Below are positions 1-15,763 of a stretch of 64,000 nucleotides of DNA, piece by piece (the stretch's first letter is position 1; each line of letters starts with the position of its first letter). The notes below the pieces were generated by a model. That model did not search any database. It was not told the origin of the DNA and saw nothing but the letters and a program-made list of their open reading frames with translations. The DNA comes from Anaeromyxobacteraceae bacterium (lineage in GTDB: Bacteria; Myxococcota; Myxococcia; Myxococcales; Anaeromyxobacteraceae), in the NCBI GenBank assembly GCA_032654565.1, contig JAULAX010000017.1:320001-384000 (forward strand), given 5' to 3'. The translations under genes were made by a program, and so were the position numbers.

Positions 1-669
1 CAGCTCGAAGTGCTCCGCTTCATCGCCCGCGAGATCGAGGAGCGGGGTTACCCGCCCACCATCCGCGAGATCGGCGAGGCGCTCGACATCCGCTCCACCA
101 ACGGCGTCAACGACCACCTGAAGGCGCTGGAGCGCAAGGGCTACCTCACCCGCGACCCGGTCAAGTCGCGCGCCCTCATCCCCACCGAGGCGGCCCGCGG
201 CGCCCTCTCCGGCGGCGGCTCCTCCAAGGGGGCCAAGGTGCTCCACTTCCCTGCCGCCACCCGCCCCGGCTCGCGGATGGTCGAGGTGCCCATCCTCGGA
301 CGGGTGGCCGCCGGCCAGCCCATCCTGGCCCAGGAGCGGGTCGAGGACACCGTGCAGATCGACTCCTTCCTGCTCGGCACCAACAAGAAGGTCTACGGCC
401 TCAAGGTGCAGGGCGACTCGATGATCGGCGACGGCATCCTGCCCGGCGACTACGTCTTCGTGAAGAAGCAGCTCAACGCCGACGACGGCGAGATCGTGGT
501 CGCCATGATCGACGACGAGGCGACGGTGAAGCGGATGTTCCGCGAGGGCAAGCGGGTCCGCTTCCAGCCCTCCAACCCACGCATGGCCCCCATCTACGTG
601 GCCGAGGAGGACTTCCGCTCCACCATGATCCTCGGCGTGGTGGTGGGCGTGTACCGGAAGATGCACTGA
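1..669 (+). CDS. lexA: SOS repressor LexA (5' end lies outside the window)
   Basis: N-terminal wHTH (GYPPTIREIG...HLKALERKGY), Ala-Gly cleavage site (GRVAAGQP), S24 catalytic motifs GDSM and ATVKR. Confidence 0.97.
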   Translation, partial: QLEVLRFIAREIEERGYPPTIREIGEALDIRSTNGVNDHLKALERKGYLTRDPVKSRALIPTEAARGALSGGGSSKGAKVLHFPAATRPGSRMVEVPILGRVAAGQPILAQERVEDTVQIDSFLLGTNKKVYGLKVQGDSMIGDGILPGDYVFVKKQLNADDGEIVVAMIDDEATVKRMFREGKRVRFQPSNPRMAPIYVAEEDFRSTMILGVVVGVYRKMH

Positions 670-704
670 TCCGGCCGCCGCAGGCCGGGATCACGCGCCG
701 ACCT

Positions 705-1954
705 TCAGCGCGTCTTGGCCTGGCGGACGTACCGGTCCAGATCCTCGCGGTCGATCACCGACAGGATCTCCACGGCGTCCTGCCGGGCCTCGTCGCGCCG
801 GTAGATGAGCCGCACGTCGGTGGCCACCCGCACCCGGTAGTAGCCGGGCAGCCCGCCGAGCGGGAGCGCCCGCAGGCTGGGGTGGCGGTGATCCCGCGCC
901 AGCAGGAAGGCCTGCTTCACCGCGGTCCGCTGGATGCGCCGGTCCCACCCCACCAGCGAGGCGTAGAACTCCTCGGTGAAGACCGGCAGCAGCCAGGTGG
1001 CCGGCGCCTCCTCCGGCTCGGCGTCGGCCTCGACCGCCTGGGTGCTGGACTGGGCCCCGGCCGGCGACGCCGCGCCCCGCGCCTCGGCCGCCCGCAGCGC
1101 CTCCTCCAGGCGCGCCACCTGCTCGGCCAGCTTCTCGGCGCGCCCCTCGGCGGCGTGACGGGCCGTCTCGGCGTCTCGGGCGCTGGCCCGGAGCCGCTGC
1201 AGCTCACCCGCCTGGTCGGTGGCGCGGGCCTGGGCCAGCTCGGCCTCGGCCTTCCCCTTCGCCTGCCGGGCCTGCTCGGCCTGCTCCCGGGCCCGGGCCG
1301 CGTCGGCCACCGCCCGGGCCGCCTCGGCCCGCGCCTCCTTCACCTGCCCCTGCAGCTTGTCGCGGGACTCGTCGGCCTTGCGCCGCGCCTCCCCGGCCCG
1401 CTCCTCGGCGCGGGCCAGCTTCTCCTCGACCGCCCTCAGCAAGGCGGCGGGATCGGCCTCGGCCGCCGCCTCTCCCCGGTCTGGCGCCCGCCGTCCCCAT
1501 CCCCCTGCGGCGCCGGCCCGTACCACTCGGCGGCCAGCTGCTCCAGCGCCGCCTCGCCGCGGGCCCGGACCTCGGGCGAGGGATCCGAGAGCACCCGCCA
1601 GAGCGCGATGGCCAGGCCGTGGTCCGAGCCGGCCACCTCCAGCAGCTCGTCGGCCGCCACCACGTCGAGCTGGCTGCGGGCGAAGGCCGGCTCCTCCAGG
1701 CCGGCGCGCAGCGCCTCCAGCACCGGCTCCCGCGTCCCCGGATCGGCCCGAACCGAGTCGGCCAGCAGGTCGCACCGCTCCACGTCGGAGAGGCCGGCGG
1801 TGCGGAAGCCCGGGGACGAGAGCCCGAGCGACTTCACCAGCGCCGTGGTCTCCGCGGGCAGGAGCGCGGCGTAGAGGAAGGCGGACAGCGCGTCCCGCGA
1901 CAGCTGGTGCAGCGGGGCGTCGCCCACCGGGGGCGGGAGCGGTTCGCCGGTCAC
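705..1954 (-). CDS. Coiled-coil protein with C-terminal RelE/ParE-like domain; reading frame broken by a 1-nt shift near 1470-1505
   Basis: GTG start at 1954 overlaps the upstream stop (GTGA). Frame of ORF 1436..2140 gives the N-terminal half and frame of ORF 705..1775 the coiled coil plus ...RHPSLRALPL...YYRVRVATDVRLIYRR; one extra G in a G-run joins them (~416 aa). Confidence 0.65.
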
Positions 1955-2868
1955 CGGACGGGGGCCGCGCCCTCGCGGGTCTCGGCCTTGAACTCGACGC
2001 CGGCGGGGAGCCGCCAGGCCTCGTCGATGGGGAGCGCCACGGTGAAGACGGCCGGCCGGTCCTTGCCGGTGGCGCCGCGAACCGCAGCGGTCAGCTCCAG
2101 CTCCAGCGAGGCGGGCGGCCGGGGCAGCAGCTCCAGCCACCAGGTGCCGAAGAGGATCGACGGCGGCAGGTCGTCGCTGAAGCGGTCCGGATCGGCCAGC
2201 TTGATGGCCGGCTCGCCGCCGCCCTGCATCCCGCCGAAGAGCTGCCCCTTGGCGTCGAGCAGCCGGATGGCCAGCTGCCGCAGGGTGACGCCGAGCAGGG
2301 TGCGGGTGGTGGCCTTCTCCCCGGTCCCCTCGCGCTCCAGCGTGCGCGGCACGCCCCAGAGCGCGAAGTCGACCCGCAGCCCCGGGCCGCCGCCGTCCGG
2401 GTTGGGGCCGGCCTCCACGGCGAGGAGGTCGAGCCGCAGCCCCTCGGCCACCGCCGAGGCGACCGGCGCGTAGCGGCCGCCCTTCAGCAGCGCCACCCGC
2501 CCGTCGGCGTACTGCTGGAACTCGGCGACGGCGGCGCGATCCTTGTCGGCCAGCTTCCCCTTCTTCTCCTCGCCGGCGGCGCTGGCCGCGGTGGGGCGGG
2601 CCGGCTCGCGGGGGAAGCGGTTGCGCAGGGCGGCGCTGGCCTCCAGGTAGCCGCGCAGCAGGGCCGCCGACTCCACCCGCCAGGCCTCCGGCGGCTGCAC
2701 CGCCATCGACCGGGCCGCCGCCGATCGCTCCACGAACTCGCGCTTCAGCCGGGCCCGCTCCAGGCGGGCCTCGAAGCCCTCGGCGCGGGAGCGCCAGCCG
2801 TCCAGCAGCAGGATGGAGAGCACCAGCAGCAGGCCGGCCGGCAGGGCGACGAAGGGGAGACGCTTCAT
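1951..2868 (-). CDS. Hypothetical protein with N-terminal signal/membrane anchor
   Basis: 305-aa ORF, hydrophobic N-terminus, GGAG SD, operonic spacing with neighbours. Confidence 0.8.
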   Translation of the reverse strand: MKRLPFVALPAGLLLVLSILLLDGWRSRAEGFEARLERARLKREFVERSAAARSMAVQPPEAWRVESAALLRGYLEASAALRNRFPREPARPTAASAAGEEKKGKLADKDRAAVAEFQQYADGRVALLKGGRYAPVASAVAEGLRLDLLAVEAGPNPDGGGPGLRVDFALWGVPRTLEREGTGEKATTRTLLGVTLRQLAIRLLDAKGQLFGGMQGGGEPAIKLADPDRFSDDLPPSILFGTWWLELLPRPPASLELELTAAVRGATGKDRPAVFTVALPIDEAWRLPAGVEFKAETREGAAPVR

Positions 2869-2893
2869 GTGGGTGCTCCCGGCCGCGGAGGCC

Positions 2894-3730
2894 TCAGGGG
2901 GGGCCGCTGACCAGCGCCTCGACGCCCTTGAGGCCGGTGGCGTCGAAGTCGTAGACGTAGGCGCGGGCGCGCCGCACCGGCTCGTCGGCCACCCGGGAGA
3001 CCGACCCCGAGCAGAGGATGGGCGTGGGGTGGCTGGCGCCGGGGACGTCGACCCGGAAGGCGCAGTGGCGGTGGCCGTGCAGCACCGCGGCCACCGGCAG
3101 CTCGGCCACCAGCCGGATCACCTGGTCGGCGTCGGCGAGCGGCATCCGGGCCACGTGGACGTCGGAGGGGATGCGCTCCGGGGGGAGCACCACGTGGTGA
3201 TGGAAGGCCAGCACCGTGGCCTTGCCGGCCTTCTGGTGCTGGCGGCAGAGCTCGCGGGCGCTGCGCAGCTGGTCGGCGCCGAGCCGCCCGGCCGTCTGGG
3301 TGGGGTGCTCGCCGTGGCGGGCGCTGTCGAGCGCCACCAGCACCACCTCGCCGAGCGGGACCACGTGCGGGTAGGTGGGCGCCGGGCGGCGCATCCCCTT
3401 GCCGTCCGCCCCGATGGCGCGCAGGAAGCGCCCGGTGTCGACGGCGTCGGCGGTCCAGACGTCGTGGTTCCCCGGCACCACGGTGAGCTTGCCGGCCTCG
3501 GCCCACCACCTGAGCATCTCGGCGGCCCGCTCGAACTCGCGGGTCTCGGCGGAGAGGGTCAGGTCGCCGGTCACCACCAGCTGGTCCACCCCGACCTCGC
3601 GCAGGGCGTCGAGCAGCCCCTTGGCCAGCTTGGAGGAGTGGCGGTCGCAGTCCCGGGCGGAGAAGCCGTTGCGCGGATACCGCCCCCGGTCGGCGAGGTG
3701 CAGGTCGCTGATGTGGCCGATGCGGACGAT
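2894..3730 (-). CDS. Calcineurin-like metallophosphoesterase (CpdA/Icc-like); start codon uncertain
   Basis: Motifs HISDLH, TGDL, PGNHD, HHH, HGHRH; SD GAGGAG precedes an in-frame ATC at 3730. Confidence 0.88.
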   Translation of the reverse strand: MVRIGHISDLHLADRGRYPRNGFSARDCDRHSSKLAKGLLDALREVGVDQLVVTGDLTLSAETREFERAAEMLRWWAEAGKLTVVPGNHDVWTADAVDTGRFLRAIGADGKGMRRPAPTYPHVVPLGEVVLVALDSARHGEHPTQTAGRLGADQLRSARELCRQHQKAGKATVLAFHHHVVLPPERIPSDVHVARMPLADADQVIRLVAELPVAAVLHGHRHCAFRVDVPGASHPTPILCSGSVSRVADEPVRRARAYVYDFDATGLKGVEALVSGPP

Positions 3731-3944
3731 GGCGGACTCCTCGGGTGGTGCGGGTCCGGGGATGCTAACGGCCCCTTCCGGCTCGGTCAAACTGGTGACC
3801 CGGCCGGTCTGGCGCACCCCCCGTTTCGCCGCCCTCTCCGCTCGCGGCGCGTGCAACCATTCCCACACTACTTGTTGCCAGCCGGGCCTGCTGCCGGTAT
3901 CCCATGTACCCTGGCCGGCAGGGAAAAGGCCGAAGGAGATCCAG

Positions 3945-6425
<2,481 letters not shown>

Positions 6426-6582
6426 TCAGCGCGCCCCGCCCCCGGGCGGGCGCCATCGCCATCGGGTGGCCCCGACCCGGGCGGCCGTGTCATAGTCGGC
6501 CGCCTGTGTCCCGCCACGGCTGTCCTGGTGCAGTCGCCCGGCCGGACCCGGTGAGGCGAGGGAACCCGGTGGGGAGCTGGCC

Positions 6583-8361
6583 GTGATCAGGTCGTTGGGG
6601 CGCTACCAGCTGATCGAGCAGGTCGGGAGCGGCGGCATGGCGGTGGTCTACCGCGGCCTCGACACCGCCCTCGACCGCGAGGTGGCGGTGAAGCTGCTCC
6701 ACCCCCACCTGGCCCAGGCCGCCGAGAGCCGGGCCCGCTTCTCCCGCGAGGCCCGCGCCGTGGCCCGCCTGGCCCACCCCTGCATCGTCGAGATCTTCGA
6801 CTACTCCGGGGACGGCGCCCCCGAGGCCTTCCTGGTCACCGAGTTCATCCGCGGCCGGACCTTGCGGGACTTCGCCCAGGCCACCGGCTTCGCCGATCCG
6901 GAGGTCGGCCTGCTCATGGGGCGCGCCCTGGCCGACGCCCTGGCCCACGCCCACGCCGCCGGCGTCATCCACCGGGACCTGAAGCCGGAGAACGTCATGG
7001 TCAAGGTGGGGGAGCGGCCGGCGGTGAAGCTCACCGACTTCGGCATCGCCCGCATCCTCGCCTCCGACGAGCGGATGACCATGACCGGGGCGCTGGTCGG
7101 CTCCCCCAACCACATGGCGCCGGAGATCGTCGAGGGCAAGGAGGCCGACGAGCGGAGCGACCTCTTCTCCCTCGGCACCATCCTCTACTGGCTGGCCACC
7201 GGCCAGCTCCCCTTCGCCGCCTCCAACCCCACCGCCACGCTGCGCCGCGCCATCTCCGGCGAGTTCGACGACCCGCGCCAGCTCTCCCCCCGGGTCTCGG
7301 CCCGGCTGGGGGCGCTGCTGGCCCGCTGCCTGGCCCCCGAGCCCTCGGCCCGCCCTTCCAGCGCCGCCGAGGTGCGCGCCACGCTCGACGAGCTGCTGGC
7401 CGAGGTCGGGCTGGAGCGCCCCGAGGAGGAGCTGGCCCGCTTCCTCGCCGACCCGCCCGCCTTCCAGGCCGCCTTCCCGGCCCGTGCCGTGGCGGCGCTC
7501 CTCCCCCGCGGCGAGGCGGCGCTGGCCGCGGGCCAGACCGCCCTGGCCCTCTCCTGCTTCGACCGGGTGCTGGCCATCGAGCCGGGCAACCTGCGGGTGG
7601 CGGAGCGGCTGCGGACCCTCTCTCGCCGGCGTCGCTGGCGGCGTGCCGCGGGCGTCGCCGCGGTGCTCGCCGCCGGGGCGGCCCTGGCCCTGGGCGGAGC
7701 GCAGTGGTGGTCGAGCCGCCCGGTCCACCCCCTCTCTGCGGGGCACCTCGGCGCACCCACCGCCGACGCCGGACCGCCGTCGTCCGGACCCTCCCCCGCT
7801 GGCCCCGTCGCCCCGGCCGGCGCCGACCCCGGCCACCCGCCGCCGGGTCCTCCCGCCGCCGGCGGCGCCGCTCCGGTCGCCGGCGCCGCCCCGGTGCCAC
7901 TGCTGGTGCGGGTCCGCCCCTACGCCCAGCGGGCCCTGCTCGACGGCGTCGAGGTGCCGAGCGGGGACCAGCTGGTCCGCTTCCTGCTGTCGCCCGGCCG
8001 ACCCCACGCCATCCGCATCGAGCACGACTGCTGCCTGACCTTCCAGCGCGACCTCACCGCCGAGGAGGCCGCCGCCCAGGGGGAGCTGCGGGTGTCGCTG
8101 GAGCCCAGGCCGGCCAGGCTGCGCGTCGAGGGAGACCCGGCCACGCTGATCCTCCTCGACGGCCGGCTGGTGGGAACCGCCGGCGACTCGCAGCGGGTGC
8201 CGCTCCCGGTCGCCATCCCCGCCGGCGGCGAGACCCCCTACGAGGCCAGCGGCCGCATCGTCCTCGAGCCGCCCGGCGGTCCGGCGCGCGCCGTCGTCGT
8301 CAAGCTGCGGGCCGGCGCCGAGCTGGTGCTGGCCGCGCCCACCACGGAGGGCCCGCCGTGA
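6583..8361 (+). CDS. Membrane Ser/Thr protein kinase (Hanks type)
   Basis: GSGGMAVVY, VAVK, HRDLKPEN, DFG, APE motifs; TPR-like helix, TM segment, Pro-rich linker. Confidence 0.93.
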   Translation: MIRSLGRYQLIEQVGSGGMAVVYRGLDTALDREVAVKLLHPHLAQAAESRARFSREARAVARLAHPCIVEIFDYSGDGAPEAFLVTEFIRGRTLRDFAQATGFADPEVGLLMGRALADALAHAHAAGVIHRDLKPENVMVKVGERPAVKLTDFGIARILASDERMTMTGALVGSPNHMAPEIVEGKEADERSDLFSLGTILYWLATGQLPFAASNPTATLRRAISGEFDDPRQLSPRVSARLGALLARCLAPEPSARPSSAAEVRATLDELLAEVGLERPEEELARFLADPPAFQAAFPARAVAALLPRGEAALAAGQTALALSCFDRVLAIEPGNLRVAERLRTLSRRRRWRRAAGVAAVLAAGAALALGGAQWWSSRPVHPLSAGHLGAPTADAGPPSSGPSPAGPVAPAGADPGHPPPGPPAAGGAAPVAGAAPVPLLVRVRPYAQRALLDGVEVPSGDQLVRFLLSPGRPHAIRIEHDCCLTFQRDLTAEEAAAQGELRVSLEPRPARLRVEGDPATLILLDGRLVGTAGDSQRVPLPVAIPAGGETPYEASGRIVLEPPGGPARAVVVKLRAGAELVLAAPTTEGPP

Positions 8362-9214
8362 ACGCCTTCATCCCCCTGCTGCTGGCCCTCTCGCTGGGCG
8401 CCCCGGCCGAGCTGAAGCGGGCCAAGGACCGCTTCGAGTTCGGGGCCTGGGCCGACTGCGCCGGGACGCTCCGCCCGTTCCTGGCCCGCGACCCGGTCCT
8501 CTCCGACGAGGAGGCGGTGGAGGCCTGGCGGCTGCTCGGCCTCGCCGAGTACCACCTCGGCGACCGGGCCGCCGCCCGCACCGCCTTCGTCAACCTGCTC
8601 TCCTTCGACCCCGACTACACCCTCGACCCCTTCCTGGTGCCGCCGCCCATCGTCGACTTCCTCGACAAGGTGAAGCGCGACCACGAGCCCGACCTGGCTC
8701 CGCTGCGGGAGCGGAAGCGGGCCCTGCGGGAGCAGCAGCGGCTGGCCGACGAGGCCAAGCGCCGCCTGCTGGCGGAGGAGCAGGCCCGCAACGGTCCACC
8801 CGGCAAGGTGGTGCGGGTCCAGGAGCGGGTCTACCTGCTCAACTGGATGCCCTTCGGCGCCGGGCAGTTCCAGAACGGTGACAAGAGCAAGGGGACCGCC
8901 ATCGCCCTCGGCCAGCTGACGCTGGCGCTGGTCAACGTCGCCGCCATCGTGGTCCACGGCCAGATCGCCGACGACCGCTCGCGGATGTGCACCTCCAGCC
9001 AGCCCAGCTGCACCTCGCCGCCCTACAGCGACGGCGACCGCAGGCTGCTGGGCCGGCTGGAGCTGGCCAAGTACGTCTCGGCGGGGCTGTTCTGGGGGCT
9101 CTACGGCTACGGGGTCTGGGACGCCCACCGCCACTTCGTCCCCATCGTCGAGACCGAGCTCGGGCCGGGCGGCCAGCCCACCGGCGTGAAGGTCGGCCTG
9201 CAGGGGAGCTTCTG

Positions 9215-9215
<1 letters not shown>
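8358..9215 (+). CDS. Exported/membrane TPR-like protein
   Basis: GTG start overlapping kinase stop; signal-like N-terminus, helical repeat region, [10 protein letters not shown] motif and hydrophobic C-terminal segments. Confidence 0.75.
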
Positions 9216-11034
<1,819 letters not shown>

Positions 11035-11038
<4 letters not shown>

Positions 11039-11679
11039 AGCCCATGCCGCGCACCGCCTTGCTGGTCCTGCTGGGCGCCAGCCTGGCCGGCTGCCCGCTG
11101 CCGCAGACCCTGCCCGAGTACCCCTCCGGCGGCACCATCACCCCGCCGAGGCTCCAGTCGGACCAGGTGACGCCCGCTGACTCGGTCATCCTGGTGGACG
11201 CCGGCTGCGCCGGCCTCGACACCGACCACGCCTTCAGGCTCAGCGCCACGCTCATCGACGAAAACACCTACGAGCCGGTCGAGTACCGCTGGTTCGTCGA
11301 CTACGACCCGCAGCGGTCAACCGTGCGCCCGCTCTTCCCCATCGACCAGTTCATCCCGGGTCCAGAGGATGGCATCACCATCCTGCGGGTGGTGCCGCCG
11401 CTCGAGCTCCAGCCCTACACCTTCGACCCTCCCCTGTACGGGTCTCCGACCGAGTCGAGGCCCGGACAGAGCTTCCGCGACAGCGGCGGTCTCCACGTCG
11501 TCGAGCTGGTGGTCTCCAACGCCTTCGCGAAGGAGGATCCTCCCCCCGTCCCGGCCCACGCCCGGCCGTGGCGGACGCCGCGCAAGACCGCCACCCAGAC
11601 CTTCGAGACGCAAGTCTATCGCTGGGTCTTCCACTACGTCCCGGCCGGCACCCCCGGCGCCCGCTGCGGATATCCCTGA
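11035..11679 (+). CDS. Lipoprotein of unknown function
   Basis: Lipobox LAGC after hydrophobic stretch; SD GAGGAGG; ATGA overlap with activator gene. Confidence 0.8.
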
Positions 11680-11722
11680 CCTGACTTGACCCGGGCCGCG
11701 CGCTGGCGCCGCGGCCTCACCG

Positions 11723-12277
11723 TCAGGGCTGGCGGGCGGAGCGCTCCCGCGCCCTCTCCAGGGCCTTCTCGGCCACCCGCGCCAGGTCGGCCTGCTCGAC
11801 GGCGAACCGGTTCACCTGGGCCCGGTAGGCCCGGTGGAGCGCCAGCACCGCGTCGCGGGCCTGCGCCAGCTCCTCGCGCCCGGTGAAGTCGCTGGCTGAC
11901 CCGGCGGAGGCGTCCAGCCGGCAGCGCTCGCCCAGGTCCTCGAGCCTCTGCTCCCACTCGTGCGACCAGGCGGCGAACCGGGCCACGGCGTCGCCGCCGC
12001 CGATCTCCCCGCCCAGCTTCCAGGCCCGCTGGTTCAGGTCGCGGTGGAGGGCGTCGAGCTCCTCGGCGCAGACCCGCGAGACGGCCCGGGTCGGCAGGGC
12101 CCCCGTGGCCGGGGGGCGGGTGCCGGAGAGGTTCCTGGAGATGCTGGCCACCATGGCGCCGATCGCCAGGGCGATGGCCAGCAGGTAGGCTACCCACATC
12201 ACGGCGCGGTAGGGGCGGAGGCGCGGATCCCGCTGGAGCACCTGGTGAATCTGCCCGAAGGGCGTGCCGCCGTCCAC
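11723..12277 (-). CDS. Hypothetical single-pass membrane protein
   Basis: 184-aa ORF with one TM helix and a helical domain with two Cys. Confidence 0.75.
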   Translation of the reverse strand: MDGGTPFGQIHQVLQRDPRLRPYRAVMWVAYLLAIALAIGAMVASISRNLSGTRPPATGALPTRAVSRVCAEELDALHRDLNQRAWKLGGEIGGGDAVARFAAWSHEWEQRLEDLGERCRLDASAGSASDFTGREELAQARDAVLALHRAYRAQVNRFAVEQADLARVAEKALERARERSARQP

Positions 12278-12396
12278 CAGCGCGACCGATTGCGTTCCTG
12301 CAATGGGACTTCACATCTGAAATGCAGTCGTGCGCCCCCTTCGCCGACCCGTACTGCAACCTCCCGTGATCACGTGACAGGCGCTGCCCGGAGCGC

Positions 12397-12412
12397 TGGC
12401 AAGCCAATTGCT
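12397..12412 (+). promoter_or_regulatory. Sigma54 (-24/-12) promoter
   Basis: TGGCAAGCCAATTGCT versus consensus TGGCAC-N5-TTGCW, one mismatch, exact GG-N10-GC spacing. Confidence 0.8.
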
Positions 12413-12421
12413 TTGGAGAAC

Positions 12422-12495
12422 GTCCAGAAGGCTCTCTGGATTCGGCGGCGCTACCCCCCCCCTGCGCCCCTGAAACCGAGGGCCTTCTTTTTTTT
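12422..12495 (+). ncRNA. Candidate sigma54-dependent small RNA: long hairpin, C9 loop, terminal U-tract
   Basis: Predicted +1 near 12422-12423; 12426-12451 pairs with 12464-12488; loop UACCCCCCCCCU; T8 at 12488-12495; no + strand ORF follows. Confidence 0.65.
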
Positions 12496-12512
12496 GCCCG
12501 GGGCGCGGCGCG

Positions 12513-14309
<1,797 letters not shown>

Positions 14310-14359
14310 GCCGTCTTCTAGCACGCGCCCCCCACGCCGGCGGCGGGCGGCGGGCCCTG

Positions 14360-15247
14360 CTACGGCGCGGGCGCCTCGGGCGTCGCCCCGGCCGGGCCGG
14401 CCCCCGCCAGCGGGCGGCCGGCGAGGTGGGCCAGGCGGATCCGCTCCGGTGGGGTGCGCAGCTCGCTGACCACCCCGACCAGCCGGAGCCCCCGCAGGGC
14501 CAGCCAGGAGAGGTCGAGCTCCCACCAGAACCAGCCCTGGTTGGCGGTGGTCGGGTAGAAGTGGTGGTTGTTGTGCCAGCCTTCACCCATCGTGATGATG
14601 GCGAGGAGGAAGCTGTTGCGCGACTCGTCGCCGGTCTGGTAGCGCCGGCGCCCCATGACGTGGGCCAGCGAGTTGATGACGAAGGTCCCGTGCCAGAGCA
14701 CCGCGGTGGAGACGAAGAAGCCCCAGAGCAGGGCCGGCCAGCCGCCGGCCAGGAAGAGCCCGAGGGCCAGCAGCGCCGGGGGCAGGCCGTGGTAGCGGTC
14801 GAGGAAGCGCAGCTCCGGGAAGCGGGCCAGGTCCTTGATGCGGTCCAGCCGGGTGGCGTTGTAACGGGTGGACAGGAACCAGCCGGCGTGGCTCCACCAG
14901 AACCCCTGCTGGACCGGGGAGTGGATGTCCTCGGGGGTGTCCGAGTAGCGGTGGTGGTCGCGGTGGTGCGCCGCCCACCAGAGCGCTCCCTTCTGCGCCG
15001 AGGCCCCGCCGACGAGGGCGAGGATGAACTGGAAGGCCCGACTGGTCCGGTAGGCCCGGTGGGCGAAGTAGCGGTGGTAGCCGGCGGTGATGCCGAACAT
15101 CCGGACCACGTAGGCGGCCACCGCCAGCCCCACCAGGCCGGCGGTCGGCGGCGCCAGCCACGGCGTGGCCAGGGCGACCAGGTGGATGGCGATGAACGGG
15201 CTGGAGGCGAGCCAGTCGATGCGATCGGGATCGCGGGGGGAGGCCAT
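14360..15247 (-). CDS. Delta-9-type acyl-CoA/lipid fatty acid desaturase
   Basis: His boxes [25 protein letters not shown] motif. Confidence 0.93.
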   Translation of the reverse strand: MASPRDPDRIDWLASSPFIAIHLVALATPWLAPPTAGLVGLAVAAYVVRMFGITAGYHRYFAHRAYRTSRAFQFILALVGGASAQKGALWWAAHHRDHHRYSDTPEDIHSPVQQGFWWSHAGWFLSTRYNATRLDRIKDLARFPELRFLDRYHGLPPALLALGLFLAGGWPALLWGFFVSTAVLWHGTFVINSLAHVMGRRRYQTGDESRNSFLLAIITMGEGWHNNHHFYPTTANQGWFWWELDLSWLALRGLRLVGVVSELRTPPERIRLAHLAGRPLAGAGPAGATPEAPAP

Positions 15248-15423
15248 CCCCTGTATCTGCGCCCGTCCGGTCACCGGCGTGTCATGGCGAGCCTGCCGCC
15301 GCGCCGGAGGGTGGCGCGGGGGCTCCGGGGGCGCCCGGCGCGGAGCGGCCTGCGCAGGAAAGCCTTGCCCTCGGGAGGGCCTGCGCTATCTTGCGGGCCC
15401 ACGCCAACGGAACGGAGCTCTCG

Positions 15424-15741
15424 ATGGCCAGCGCGACTGTGAATGGAGTTCTCTGCCGGGTCACCGCCGACAAGGACCTGGGCGACAGCTGGGCTGTGGC
15501 GGTGGTCCCTCCGGCCGGCTCGCTGCTCCCACCCCAGGTGGTCAAGCTGCAGGGGAACGACCGGGCCGCCGTCATCAAGGGGGCGCTGACCGGCCTCAAG
15601 GCGCGCGGGTCGATCGAGCGGTTCGAGCTCGATCCGGCTCCGCCGGCGCCTGTCGCTCCCGCCGCGGCCGCCCCGGCTGCGACCCCTGCGGCACCGGCGG
15701 CACCGGCTCCGGCGGCGCCGGCCGCCACGCCCGGCGCCTAG
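15424..15741 (+). CDS. Small hypothetical protein with Ala/Pro-rich tail
   Basis: GGAG SD before ATG 15424; globular-looking 70 aa followed by low-complexity tail. Confidence 0.65.
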   Translation: MASATVNGVLCRVTADKDLGDSWAVAVVPPAGSLLPPQVVKLQGNDRAAVIKGALTGLKARGSIERFELDPAPPAPVAPAAAAPAATPAAPAAPAPAAPAATPGA

Positions 15742-15763
15742 ACCGGTACCTGCCCCGGGACGT

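Noticed and set aside
12422..12495. Hairpin as merely the mutL terminator
   Set aside because: U-tract is on the opposite strand to mutL and a sigma54 promoter is positioned to start at the hairpin base
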